Of a DNA stretch of 64,000 nucleotides, positions 1 through 11,300 are shown in pieces. The notes beneath the pieces were generated by a model. The model was not told the DNA's origin. It made no database searches and saw only the letters and a program-made list of their open reading frames with translations. The translations under genes and the position numbers were made by a program. Source of the DNA: a virus (Duplodnaviria > Caudoviricetes); the IMG/VR virus record IMGVR_UViG_3300025018_000091. The stretch is one strand, 5' to 3'. Numbering within the stretch: the first letter of the stretch is position 1; each line of letters starts with the position of its first letter.

Positions 1-423
1 AGAATTCTTTATACTATTATTATTTTTTAATGCAGACCCTATATATATTGAAATATACTGCCTTAACTTAAATTCAATATCTGTTTTTCTTCTATCAATC
101 ATTTTATGATTTCTTTGATTTTTATAAGAGTTTTGATATTTTCTAATACAATCTTTACATCTTCCAACAAAATATAATCCTTTGATGCCTTTTCTTTGAT
201 GGAAATTATCAGAATTAGCTTCTTTTTCTATTTTACACGAAGAGCATATTTTGGTTACACAATTATATAATGATTTGTTTTTTGTATATAATCGCTCACA
301 ATAATACTTACTTGTACACTTTTTACATTTTGTACGATAATATTGTTTTCCATTTCTGCCTTTAGTAATAGGGAAATTTTTAATATTTTGCAATATACCA
401 CAATTAGAACATACCTTCTTCAT
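1..423 (-). CDS. HNH homing endonuclease, N-terminal part (truncated by window edge; missing from ORF track)
   Basis: My translation from ATG at 423 is open to position 1: MKKVCSNCGILQNIKNF...TKICSSCKIEKEANSDNF...GRCKDC...RRKTDIEFKLRQYISIYIGSALK. Same CxxC repeats and 'FKLR..IS' segment as the endonucleases at 16622 and 38028. Confidence 0.75.
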   Translation of the reverse strand, partial: MKKVCSNCGILQNIKNFPITKGRNGKQYYRTKCKKCTSKYYCERLYTKNKSLYNCVTKICSSCKIEKEANSDNFHQRKGIKGLYFVGRCKDCIRKYQNSYKNQRNHKMIDRRKTDIEFKLRQYISIYIGSALKNNNSIKNS

Positions 424-462
424 ACCCATATATCACAGTATTAGTATTTTGCAAAACTTTAT

Positions 463-1209
463 TTAACTCCACAAATTGCGCCTAATTTTCATCAATCTCG
501 CAATCATTTCATCTGTCTTACGCTCAAACTCTTCTTCCATAGCTCTCATTTTTTTCCATAAATATTCAGTATTATTTGCTTTTTCTTTTCTCGATATAGA
601 CCATTGATGTCGCATATTCTCATATGCTTTATATTCAATTTTTCTATCATAAGTCCACCACTTATGAATGGCTAATATTTCAAAATATATTTCCCTTTGA
701 GATATTAGAGATTTCTGAGACCACTTTAGAAGGTCATTTTCAGCATTTTTAATTTCTTCTTCTGTAGGACAATATAAATTTGGAAGTTCATATTTAACAA
801 ATTCATCTAATAGATTAAACATAGCAAATAGCATTCTTTCAGGAGTATCTCTCCAACCATATTTATATTCATCTACATCATAACCATCTTTAGACTTGGG
901 CTGTCTTAAATCTAACATATGATATCTACGACTTGGTATACTATGAGACACAAACCAATATTTTAACTCTTTAATTGGTTTATATACAGGGTATACTAGT
1001 TTATATTTCACAAAATCTGATGCTGTTTCTGCAAAGAAATATCTAATAGGATACTTTTCTTTTACATCAGCATGCCAGTCTTCCCAAGTATACCCTTCAC
1101 AATCAGGAGTAAATTGTCTGGACTGCAAGGCATCACAGTCGCTTTTACCTAACTCTTTTGCACCAGGTAGCTTAAATAATTTTCTAAAAAACAACATAAA
1201 AATTTCCAC
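463..1209 (-). CDS. Hypothetical phage protein (Trp-rich, C-terminal coiled coil)
   Basis: 248-aa ORF with phage-like composition; no motif recognised; start may be the internal ATG (MLFFRK). Confidence 0.6.
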   Translation of the reverse strand: MEIFMLFFRKLFKLPGAKELGKSDCDALQSRQFTPDCEGYTWEDWHADVKEKYPIRYFFAETASDFVKYKLVYPVYKPIKELKYWFVSHSIPSRRYHMLDLRQPKSKDGYDVDEYKYGWRDTPERMLFAMFNLLDEFVKYELPNLYCPTEEEIKNAENDLLKWSQKSLISQREIYFEILAIHKWWTYDRKIEYKAYENMRHQWSISRKEKANNTEYLWKKMRAMEEEFERKTDEMIARLMKIRRNLWS

Positions 1210-1264
1210 GCAAGTGATTTCTCACAATGTAAATCATTTTTATTTTATATCAACCGTCACTAAA

Positions 1265-4200
1265 TTAAAGAGATAATGGAGGCATATTTGGCGTAAAATT
1301 GTAACTATGAGCCACAGTGTCGCTTGTACTGCCATCACCAGAGGTATTGTAAGGATTATTATATGTCATTACCAAACGAGCCATCTTACATATAGCAGCC
1401 TCCGTCGCGCTGCCTGGCGACAAGCTCAAATGTATTTCATATACAAAATCAGATGCCCCCTCAGATAATAACGTAGCAATATTGTTTGATGCAAGATACG
1501 TAGCTTCAGTATTTGTAGTTGTCATACCAGTTAAAGCAATATATGTATGCGTAGACACATTATATAGTTGTATCTCTGCAGTATTAGCTACATTTGTAGT
1601 TTCCAATATAACTTCAAGCTTAATTTCCTTTAGTGCTTGACCAATATATTGATCAAATCTAAATGGGAAAGCGCCAATTACTGTTGGAGAAACACTGTCA
1701 TTAGAGAATACACCAGCAGTACCATAAACATAAACTGGATTCTTATAATAAAAGCTAGGATCTAATAATCCATAACCATCTGTCTTGGGAACCCTATTAG
1801 CATCAATAGCACCACGAGAGAAAGCAATAACACCTTCAAGATCATAGATAAACTGATAACTTAAAGCTCCACCAGAACTCATTAATACAGTTCCATAAGG
1901 ACCAGTATCATTAAGTCCAGTACCACCATGCACTATTGGTAATACTCCAGTTACCTCTGTCTCTAAATCTATTAATGTTGTAGGTCCAGCATCTCCAGGT
2001 CCATTAAACACACTAATTAATGATAATATATTTCTAACCTTAGTAGAATCCACATATAATGGTAGATTGTTAAAACCACTCTTCTTTAAATAAACACTAA
2101 TTTGAATCTTAGTACGTAATGTTAGATAGACTGCATCTTCATATAAATTAGTAAAATTAAGAGTTAATAAACCATTTTCATAATCTACAGATACTCCAAT
2201 TTTTCCATCTACGACTACACCAGAATATCCGTCAGAATCTACACCATCTGTATTTGGAGAGAATGACTGAACTGCAACAGAGAATCTAACCTGATCATTA
2301 GTTAATGCATTGCTTTCTACAAAAGAACAATCAGCGAATCTCATTGCAGGGAATCCAAGCGAAGTGACACCTGTTGGTAAATTCGTAGTTCCATCTAATG
2401 TTGTTGCAATAAAATCTTGCAATATATTTAGAGTCTTTTCAGATGTATATAATCCATTAGGTATTTCTAATACTATTGTTCCAACTTCAAAATCTACCTT
2501 ATAGAAAGATCCATCGAGATTCTTTAAGTCTCCCTCTCCTATAATAATGTTATTTGGTGCAAAGATATCTACGATACCAGGATCAAAAGTAGGTTGTTCT
2601 CCATATGTATTACACAATATACCATCTAAAGAACAAGGATGTCTTCCAGAACCAGTTTGTGAAGTAAATACTGTTGGAACTAATTTTGTTTTACTATTAC
2701 TAACGATTAAACTCTCGTTCCATGTTAATTGCTTTTGAACATTAAATGTAACAGGGATAGTGTAGAAATCATGACTTGCAAAATAATCATTATCAGTAAA
2801 TACATCTTGTGGCGGATGAATTTCAGTAGATCTACCAGTTGAAACAGACGAATAGTCATCTGTTCTGTCAATGAATTTTTCAACTTTTAGTCTAAGAACA
2901 TTAAACTTATTTCCAATTTTTGTATATGGATCGGTCGTTGGAGCAGGATATGTTGAATATGGCGATAAAACATAAGGAATACGATCTATATAATTTTGTA
3001 ATAAATATCCATCACTTAAAGTAATTGCAAAATCTCCATCAATATCTGCTCTAAGTATTTGAGCAAGCGTATCACCAGTTAATATTACTTTTCTAATTGT
3101 AATAACGTCAGTGATTCCATCAATAGCAGTTATACTAAATCCGCCCGAATTAGTTAAAGTAGTTGATAATACAACTAATGTATAATCTGATAGTCCAACA
3201 ATAGTTCCAAAGGATATTGAAGAAGATGTAAATTTAGCCAATCTATCATCATTAGGATTTGCTATCAATACACCATCTGTTGCACTAGCAACAACAGTAC
3301 CATATCCATCCACTAATTGAAATTCTATTCCATACTCATCAGAAAATGCTTCTGTGTATGCACTATATCCATTTGTGAAAGTAGTAGTGCTACCGTCTGT
3401 TGTAATAACTGAGTCTTCTGGTAACCCTGTATTTAGATTATAATCTAAATATGACATTAGAAGAGTTAAATCATCTAAATCAACAATACCATCTCCATTT
3501 ACATCTCCCAATATCATTGAACAAAGTTTTGCTTCAGATACACGATAATAAATATCTGGTTTATCTGCATCTAGAGTAAATTTTGCATCAATAAAATCAC
3601 CATTTAAAATATTATATTCTAAATCAGTAACAGATGTATCGTACCTTCCAGTATCTGTTTGGTCGGTAACAATTCTTATCAAAATTTCATCTTTTACAAG
3701 CGTTGCTGAATGTAATTTAGAAGTAAACAAGGCGGTTGCTGGATCAAAAGATTTCTTGTTCTTATCTGATATTGCACCAATTAAAAATGGTTCAGATGCG
3801 GCTTCTAAATTAGCAATATCAATAGAATTTAATAATCTAATTTCTGGAACATATTGCTGACGAGAGTTAACGGACTGTCCAGTTCTTTGATCTGGTATTT
3901 GTGTACTTTCTTGAGTCGTTGCGGATACTACACCCTTATATACATCATTACCTGTAAATTGAAGTCCCTTCATGGAATAATCTATTGTTGCCAAAGATTC
4001 AGAATCAATAGTAGTCTTTGGTACAATGATGCCATGACCAGTATCATATCCTTGTCCATCTGTGATCTTTGCTGCTGAATGACAAATTCTAAACCACAAA
4101 TCTTCTTCTGGAGTATCTACCCACAATGATCCTGTAAAAGTAGTAATTCTTGAATTAGGAACTCTATCAGCACCATTATCAATTAAAATATCGCACTTAT

Positions 4201-5311
4201 TTGCAGAACCAGAACGTTTTAATGAAAAAGCATAATAATTACCTGGTACAAGGATATTACCAGATGCAATTGGACTATTACTAAAAACAAAATCGACTGG
4301 TTGAGGAACAGAATTTCCATAACCATCATCTAATACAATTCCTTGCGCTTTAAGAGTATCATAATTTATACTAATTTGAGCCAATGGAATATTATTAGGA
4401 GCAAAATCAATTGCTAAATTAGGCACAACATCTGATGGACACTCAATACTCGTTTGTAATGGATAAATACTAAGAACTAAATCACCTGTCCATGCCAAAT
4501 CTGTTTCAGCACCTAGTTCTAAGTTACGAACAGATAATAATAAAGATATCTTCTGAATATTATTGGTAGTAGCAATAAACTTTTGTCCAATTTGAGTAGT
4601 AACATCACCATTTAATAATATTTTTTGATCCTTATTTCCCGTATAGATGCCAAGGGTGTCAACGTTATAATATGGTAATGCTTCTTGCAAAGCGACAGAC
4701 AATGAAGTTGATCCATTGAAAAACAAATCTCTAAAAAATAAGTTTGGCTCTATGTCTTGTGCCAACATTATTGGATTTCTTGACAATGTAAGTGGTTTTG
4801 CCTCTCTTATTATTAGTCTACCGCCTAGATTCATAGATAAAGAGGGATCCCCAATAAAATCATTAAATAATAAAACTAAAATATTGGTAAAATGTTTATG
4901 ACTAATTTGAATTTCATTTGTTCTGAATACAAAAGTTTCAAATTGCAAGTTGCTCTCAAAATCCAAACCAATAATAGCGACCTTAATTGTCTTTTTACCA
5001 GCTGCCTTTGAGCCAGTTAGTTCTAACTCTAACTGATTTCCAAAATTACTATCTGCTGGTTGAGAGATATAATAATCTGTATCTGAAGCAGGAATAGCGT
5101 CTCCATCTAAAAATCCAGTTACTAATGAAGAATCAAAAAGAATATTTTGAACTAAAACTTCTGATAGAACACCTGTTCCAATATGATTATTTATTATACC
5201 TGATTGAATGGTATCATTATAGCCCTGTTCTAAAGTTAGATCAGAGTCATCTACTTGTTCGGCATCGAACCAGATATTTTGAATGGCGGATACGGGATTT
5301 CTTTTTGTCAT
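1265..5311 (-). CDS. Large tail/baseplate-associated structural protein with split dockerin/EF-hand-like repeats
   Basis: 1348 aa, beta-rich, directly downstream of baseplate genes; GDVNGDGIVDLDDLTLL and ADIDGDFAITLSDGYLL Ca-loop repeats; fibre-like 'GVLPIVHGGTG' motif near the C-terminus. Confidence 0.6.
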   Translation of the reverse strand: MTKRNPVSAIQNIWFDAEQVDDSDLTLEQGYNDTIQSGIINNHIGTGVLSEVLVQNILFDSSLVTGFLDGDAIPASDTDYYISQPADSNFGNQLELELTGSKAAGKKTIKVAIIGLDFESNLQFETFVFRTNEIQISHKHFTNILVLLFNDFIGDPSLSMNLGGRLIIREAKPLTLSRNPIMLAQDIEPNLFFRDLFFNGSTSLSVALQEALPYYNVDTLGIYTGNKDQKILLNGDVTTQIGQKFIATTNNIQKISLLLSVRNLELGAETDLAWTGDLVLSIYPLQTSIECPSDVVPNLAIDFAPNNIPLAQISINYDTLKAQGIVLDDGYGNSVPQPVDFVFSNSPIASGNILVPGNYYAFSLKRSGSANKCDILIDNGADRVPNSRITTFTGSLWVDTPEEDLWFRICHSAAKITDGQGYDTGHGIIVPKTTIDSESLATIDYSMKGLQFTGNDVYKGVVSATTQESTQIPDQRTGQSVNSRQQYVPEIRLLNSIDIANLEAASEPFLIGAISDKNKKSFDPATALFTSKLHSATLVKDEILIRIVTDQTDTGRYDTSVTDLEYNILNGDFIDAKFTLDADKPDIYYRVSEAKLCSMILGDVNGDGIVDLDDLTLLMSYLDYNLNTGLPEDSVITTDGSTTTFTNGYSAYTEAFSDEYGIEFQLVDGYGTVVASATDGVLIANPNDDRLAKFTSSSISFGTIVGLSDYTLVVLSTTLTNSGGFSITAIDGITDVITIRKVILTGDTLAQILRADIDGDFAITLSDGYLLQNYIDRIPYVLSPYSTYPAPTTDPYTKIGNKFNVLRLKVEKFIDRTDDYSSVSTGRSTEIHPPQDVFTDNDYFASHDFYTIPVTFNVQKQLTWNESLIVSNSKTKLVPTVFTSQTGSGRHPCSLDGILCNTYGEQPTFDPGIVDIFAPNNIIIGEGDLKNLDGSFYKVDFEVGTIVLEIPNGLYTSEKTLNILQDFIATTLDGTTNLPTGVTSLGFPAMRFADCSFVESNALTNDQVRFSVAVQSFSPNTDGVDSDGYSGVVVDGKIGVSVDYENGLLTLNFTNLYEDAVYLTLRTKIQISVYLKKSGFNNLPLYVDSTKVRNILSLISVFNGPGDAGPTTLIDLETEVTGVLPIVHGGTGLNDTGPYGTVLMSSGGALSYQFIYDLEGVIAFSRGAIDANRVPKTDGYGLLDPSFYYKNPVYVYGTAGVFSNDSVSPTVIGAFPFRFDQYIGQALKEIKLEVILETTNVANTAEIQLYNVSTHTYIALTGMTTTNTEATYLASNNIATLLSEGASDFVYEIHLSLSPGSATEAAICKMARLVMTYNNPYNTSGDGSTSDTVAHSYNFTPNMPPLSL

Positions 5312-5327
5312 GTTGATCTCATATAAT

Positions 5328-5341
5328 ATGTATTAAGATTA
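5328..5341 (-). promoter_or_regulatory. Candidate phage promoter element (TAATC-N6-CAT)
   Basis: One instance of a motif recurring just upstream of many genes in the window (see findings). Confidence 0.35.
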
Positions 5342-5358
5342 GTTACATACGCCATCTT

Positions 5359-8300
5359 TTATCGGGTATATTGTATGTAGACCTTGCTATTGGCTGGTTT
5401 AAGTATTCTTATAAGCTTTTCCAAAACCTTTTGAACTTTTATACTATCATTTACTATACCAAAAGAATCTATTATGTTGATGGAGAAGTCAAACGATCCT
5501 GTATTTCTGTTAATTATTGTTGTGAAATCTTCATTTTTTATATTTGTGACGTCACTGTCTTGTAAGAAAGTAGTATATAAATCTGCAGTTACTGGATAAA
5601 CAACATTTAAATTACTGTTATAGTTAACATCTAATGGTTCATTAAATGGAGAATATACTGGTCTAGATATATTGCTTATTCTTAAATTGTTCAACAAACC
5701 AAATAGTTTATTAGCTCCAGTATATTGTGAACCTATATGTAATGTATTTATTGGATCTTTAAATCTAATATTTCCAACAATACTAGCTCCATGACCTACT
5801 CTTACGGATCCCATAACAGCTGGTGAGCCTCCAAAAAGAAGACCCGATCCAAACAATATACTAGAATCATTTCCATATTGATATCCATCTAAGAATAGAC
5901 TGATCTCATCTCTACCTTGACCACCATTAAGCTTATAACTTACTTTGATTCTATGCCAGGTGTTTCTTACCCAACGTGTTGGAGCGCGTACAACATAATC
6001 AGTTCCTGATGCTGATATTCCGAAATTAATGTATCCAAATTCATCTTTATATAGAGCTATACGATCTCCCTGAACTCCCTTTGGTAGATATTTAACAATA
6101 ACATGTGATTTTTGAGCTGGTAATTTTTTATTCAATCTAATTACTTGGGTATTTAATGTAACATTATTATTTTGAGTAGTTTGATAAGTTACCGAAACTA
6201 CAGTATTACTAGAAGGTAGGGCTTTATTTAGATATATGGTTTTGTTATCAGTACCAATAGTTCCCTCATTAAAATAATCAACATTAGAATAATCACCAGG
6301 TATTGTAACAGATATCACTTGTAATATTGGTAAATTAACTTGAACTGTAGTAGTGCTTGAACTTGTATATGTTTCTCTTACTGCACGTTGTGTATCTATT
6401 TCAACTTTACCGCCTGCGAAATAATCTATATTAGGATCTCCAGATTTAAGAGTTACACTTAAAACTCTATTTATTGAATTAGATAATTTAACAGACACAA
6501 GATCTGTACTCACAGCTTCCTCAATAATCGCACTGGTAGCATCAAAATAAAATCTTGTAATAGGATCGTTAGCGGTATCATATAGTGGACTAGTCCAGAA
6601 TTCTATAGATCCTTGCTTTCTCGTATCTAAAATACCATCATTAGATAATATCATTGGTTCATGAATTATAGCAAGACTATCATCAAAATTCTCATTTACC
6701 TTAGCAGATGAGTGAAAATGCTGCTTATCTGCGTATGTATTAATATAAAAATCTGCACTATTTGTAAATGGATACTCATCAAAGTTAATTAACATTAAAG
6801 TATCACTATCTTTCTTTAATGGTTTTAATGAGTTAAAATCCTGTGTTACAGATTTTTGATTACTAGTAACTTGTTCACCAACTCTAGTATCTGTTAACAT
6901 GCTCGAATATATCTTAACTTGGTCTATTATAGAGTTTACCTGATTGCTACCAAACATATCTGAGCCTAGATATACATTATCACGGGGCATATCCAATTTA
7001 ATTCTTGCATATGTATGATATTCAACCTCATAAAATCCATGAGATAACAAATAAGGAATGCTGGGCAAAACATTTACTTCTAAAGTAATAAATCCATTTT
7101 GTAAACCACTTCTATAATCATTTACATTAAGTATTTGATAAACACCATCAGTAAATGTAGGTATTGGTGATGGCGGATATGGTCCAACACTAGTTGTTTC
7201 AACAGTAAGTGTAGTTTTATCATCTGAAACTGCTAAAATCTTATAGAAACCGGCAGCAACTAATGGAGATTGAATTACTAAATAATTATCAACACAATGA
7301 TCGTTAAAAGTATAATAACCATCCGTAACAGTATTATCTCCAGAACTATATAATGTAGTTCCTGTTCCAATTTGATAACTATATCTAATAACTGGTACAA
7401 GTCCGCTTGCTTCACTACGAGTAATTGGATATTTTTCTCTTACATCTATTACTAAAGCATTTTTAGAAGAATTAATTGGACGAGCAACTACATTGATATG
7501 ATTTATAGATATGTATAAATTAGAAAAATCCATGGTTCCATAATCAGTAAAATACAATGTTTCACTAACTGTATAATAACTAACGCCACCATTAATAGTA
7601 ACTTCTACTGGTGTTGAAAAATCAGTATTATTTCCAGAAATAGTAACACTTATCGTTCTTCCCTGCTGACTATTAGACGGGTGTGTACATGGGAAATTAA
7701 TAGAATGAAATTCTCCAGCAATAAGTGTAGAATTAGCAGGACCAATTGCTGATGTATAACCATCATTCAATATAAGTTTTGTAATATTGAGTTCATCCAA
7801 AGAAATTGGAGGTGGCATTCTGGTCATTAAGATATTCTCTACCTCATCACTCCAAACATAATATTGTTTTTTAACTTTTCTATGATTTAAACCAAGTGTT
7901 CTAATTAATACTAAATCATCAGCAAAAACAGAATTTGATATTGTTAGAATGTTATTATAATAGCCATCTTTAGATACAGAATATGATGGTCTTGTAGCTC
8001 TCATTCCTGGAATTTCTGTTTCATCATTTGAGTAAATATTAAATGATGCACCAGATAATCCTACTGGTAAATTATCAGTTATTGTAAGAGAATTTCCTGA
8101 GACCTGAGTAATTACATAAGTAACTGGAAGTGAAGAATCATCTATTCTAATAGAATATCCTGCCAATACATCTTCTGTTGTAAAATTTGTTATAGCAGAT
8201 GTAACTATGTTAGTTCCAATTGTTCCTGACAAATCAGAACCGGATAACATTGAACTAATAGTAGTTACCTGAATATTAGGAGCAATATCGATATTAGAAT

Positions 8301-11300
8301 CGACGGTATATTCTGTACGATTTACAGAGAACCTGCCATTTGTTAGTAAATATGGCATTGGTTGTAAGAGCGTTAATGTTTGTCCATATACAGTATCAAT
8401 TGTATATCCAGAAGTATCAAAACCAATTTCATCTATAAAAATTAGATCGCCACTATAGATATTGTAGGCGCTAAAGTTTATACTTGATGTAACAGTATAT
8501 CCATCTAAAATAGTCACTAAATCTGTTCCCGATATAATGTCTCTATTAGATAGACCTAAAATCTCCTCAGGATCTACTGTTCTAAATTTTTCATGTAGAT
8601 ATGGTTGTAGTTTTTGACTAAACTTAATAATATTGGGGACCTCAAAACCATCAACAAATAGATGCATTTCATCTCTACTATTGATTGTATTAAGTTTCCA
8701 TGATACGGCTACATGGTGTTTATCTTGTGCTTTCCATGAAGAAATATCTGTGCTAACTATATAAGGAATCTTATCTTTATCTATTACTCTAAAGTTCAGA
8801 TATCCACCAGAATCTTTAAATATAGATACTCTATTACGTAATGCGCTTTCTCCAAAATCTAATAGATAATGAGGAAAATCAGAAAGGAAAGTAATTCCAC
8901 TATCTAAAGATGAACCTCCAGTAATATTAATTGTAATACTATTGGTACCAGTAAACATACTTAAATTTGATGGTTTAGGAGATACTATGGATTTAGCATC
9001 ATAGACAGTGCCGGGTGTTGTAAGTTTGATTTTATATGTAGAACTTGGAGAAGATACATAACCATCTATTACCTGAATATACCATCTATAAAAATCTCCA
9101 GATGTATCCTTATCATAGTAAATAAATACTCCATCCTTATTTCTATTTGGATAACCATCAAGAATTGTATTCTTATTTATAGTAAATAGCCCATTATTTA
9201 TTACTGGATGTATTTCGGACGTTCCAATAAATATCTCTGAAGAATCTATAGTGCTACCATTTTTCAAGATATTAAATGTTAATTCTGCATCATTATCTAA
9301 ACCATTCCATTGAGGAACAACCCAGGTTTCGAATGATCCTTCTTCTAATTTGATATTAGAATTAATTGGGAAAGTTATTGTTTGATCTGATGAATTAACC
9401 AATACACCATTATTAAATTTAGCTGGTAATAATTGGAATGCTCCAGTAGTTGAAATTCCTTGTGGAGTTAGCAAACTATTACCAAGTGACCATCCAAGAA
9501 ATACTGATTCAGTAATTTCAGGAGTAATATGAGATATAGTCTTTCCAATATTTTTCATAGCAGGAATGGTTGGTCCCTGAATAAATGAAGATAGCGCTGC
9601 CATTAATGCTTCACGATATCTCTCTCTATCAAAATCAATATTAAAAGTAGTTAATTCGGGTATGTCTACTAAATTACCAAAATTCCTATATAAAGCATCT
9701 CTTAAAGCTCCAGCCTTATATGATACATAGTATTCAGTATTTTCTGAAACACTATTGGTTGAGCGAAAATCAAGAACATTGTCCCCATATTCATAACTTA
9801 AAATTATTTCATCAGCTAAATAAGTATAATCAACAAAATAATCACCTTTATTGTAATCTACCATTATAGTAGATAGGTTTTTAATTGTGAATGAATAAGT
9901 AATACTTACAGAGTCTCCTAAAACTGGAGAGCCATAACCAGATAAAATTAGTTTTAATGGATTTCCTGGCACTACAGTTCCAGATGAATCCCATAGTTCT
10001 TGAGAATCAGAAACTCTAATAACACTGAACGTATAAGTAATATTAGAAGAAATATATGGAATATTTTCGTTAATATTGACATAAAAATTAGTTCCATCAA
10101 ATAAAACATTATCAAATATTTGTGAAGACAATGTATCAACAGAGATATTATAATCTGAGCTTATACTACTACTTGCAAAGTTTATTGGTTTTGTACTACT
10201 CTTTAAATCATTCATTTCATAAATAGCGCGAACAAATTTAACTTGATTCGTAACGCCAGAAACAAATGATGAATCAATAAATACTCCTATATCTCCACCA
10301 TATAGATAATATGGAGCAGTTGTGGTACCATTTAGATATAATTCATCGCCATAGTCTAATGTGCTAGGAACTATAGAGCCGTCTTCAAATAATAAATAGC
10401 TAAATGTTTTACTTTTAGCATTTAATGCGCCTATACGATAATAAATATCATCTACCGAAATAAGATGGGGATATGTAGGAGAGATATGATTTGTTTTATA
10501 AGTGATATATCCAACAACATTATCCTGAGATGTAGATACTGCACAATATACAACGCCGTTAACATAATCTATTAAATATTCCCCTATATTTTGCAATATA
10601 TCTAAATTAACCGAAACGGTTTGTCTTCTATCAAACCATCTTTCAGTTACAAATATATTAGATTTTGAAAATACTATTCCAGAATTAAATGCATAACCAA
10701 TTCCGTCCTCTGTCGCAGATACCAGCATGTTGTTGTTTAAAGGAATTTTAAATATTCTTTGAGAGCCGCTGTTTGTCAGAGTGTCCGTGACAAACATCAT
10801 TTCATTAACTTCATCCTTGAAGGTTGCTCGCTCTCCCTCTTGAGCATTTATTCTTGGAGGATTCTGGTATTTGTAATAAATCTTATTATCATTCCATCTG
10901 GTGATATTATAAATTTCACCAGAAGTTTCGTTATAAACTCTAAAAACATTAGTAATTGGATAATTTTCAGTTTTAACTACATTTAAAGCAACTAATCTAT
11001 TATCTGTACGTTCAGACATTGCTTCTTGATGTAGTGCAGATTGGTAATCTACGCCAGGAATAAAAACTTCCTCATATGAGAATTTAACTGTTCCTGAAAA
11101 ATCAACTAAACTTCCATTTGGTAAAGCAACTAACTCTAAAGAATCATAATCATAAACATAATCAATTTCAGATTGATATGTATATCTATACTTATAAGTT
11201 GCTAATGGAGGAAATGCACCAGTACCGTCATTATTTATGTCTGCACCATATACATATACAGTTCCAGTTTCATAATCAATAGAATATTGTCCAATAGATG

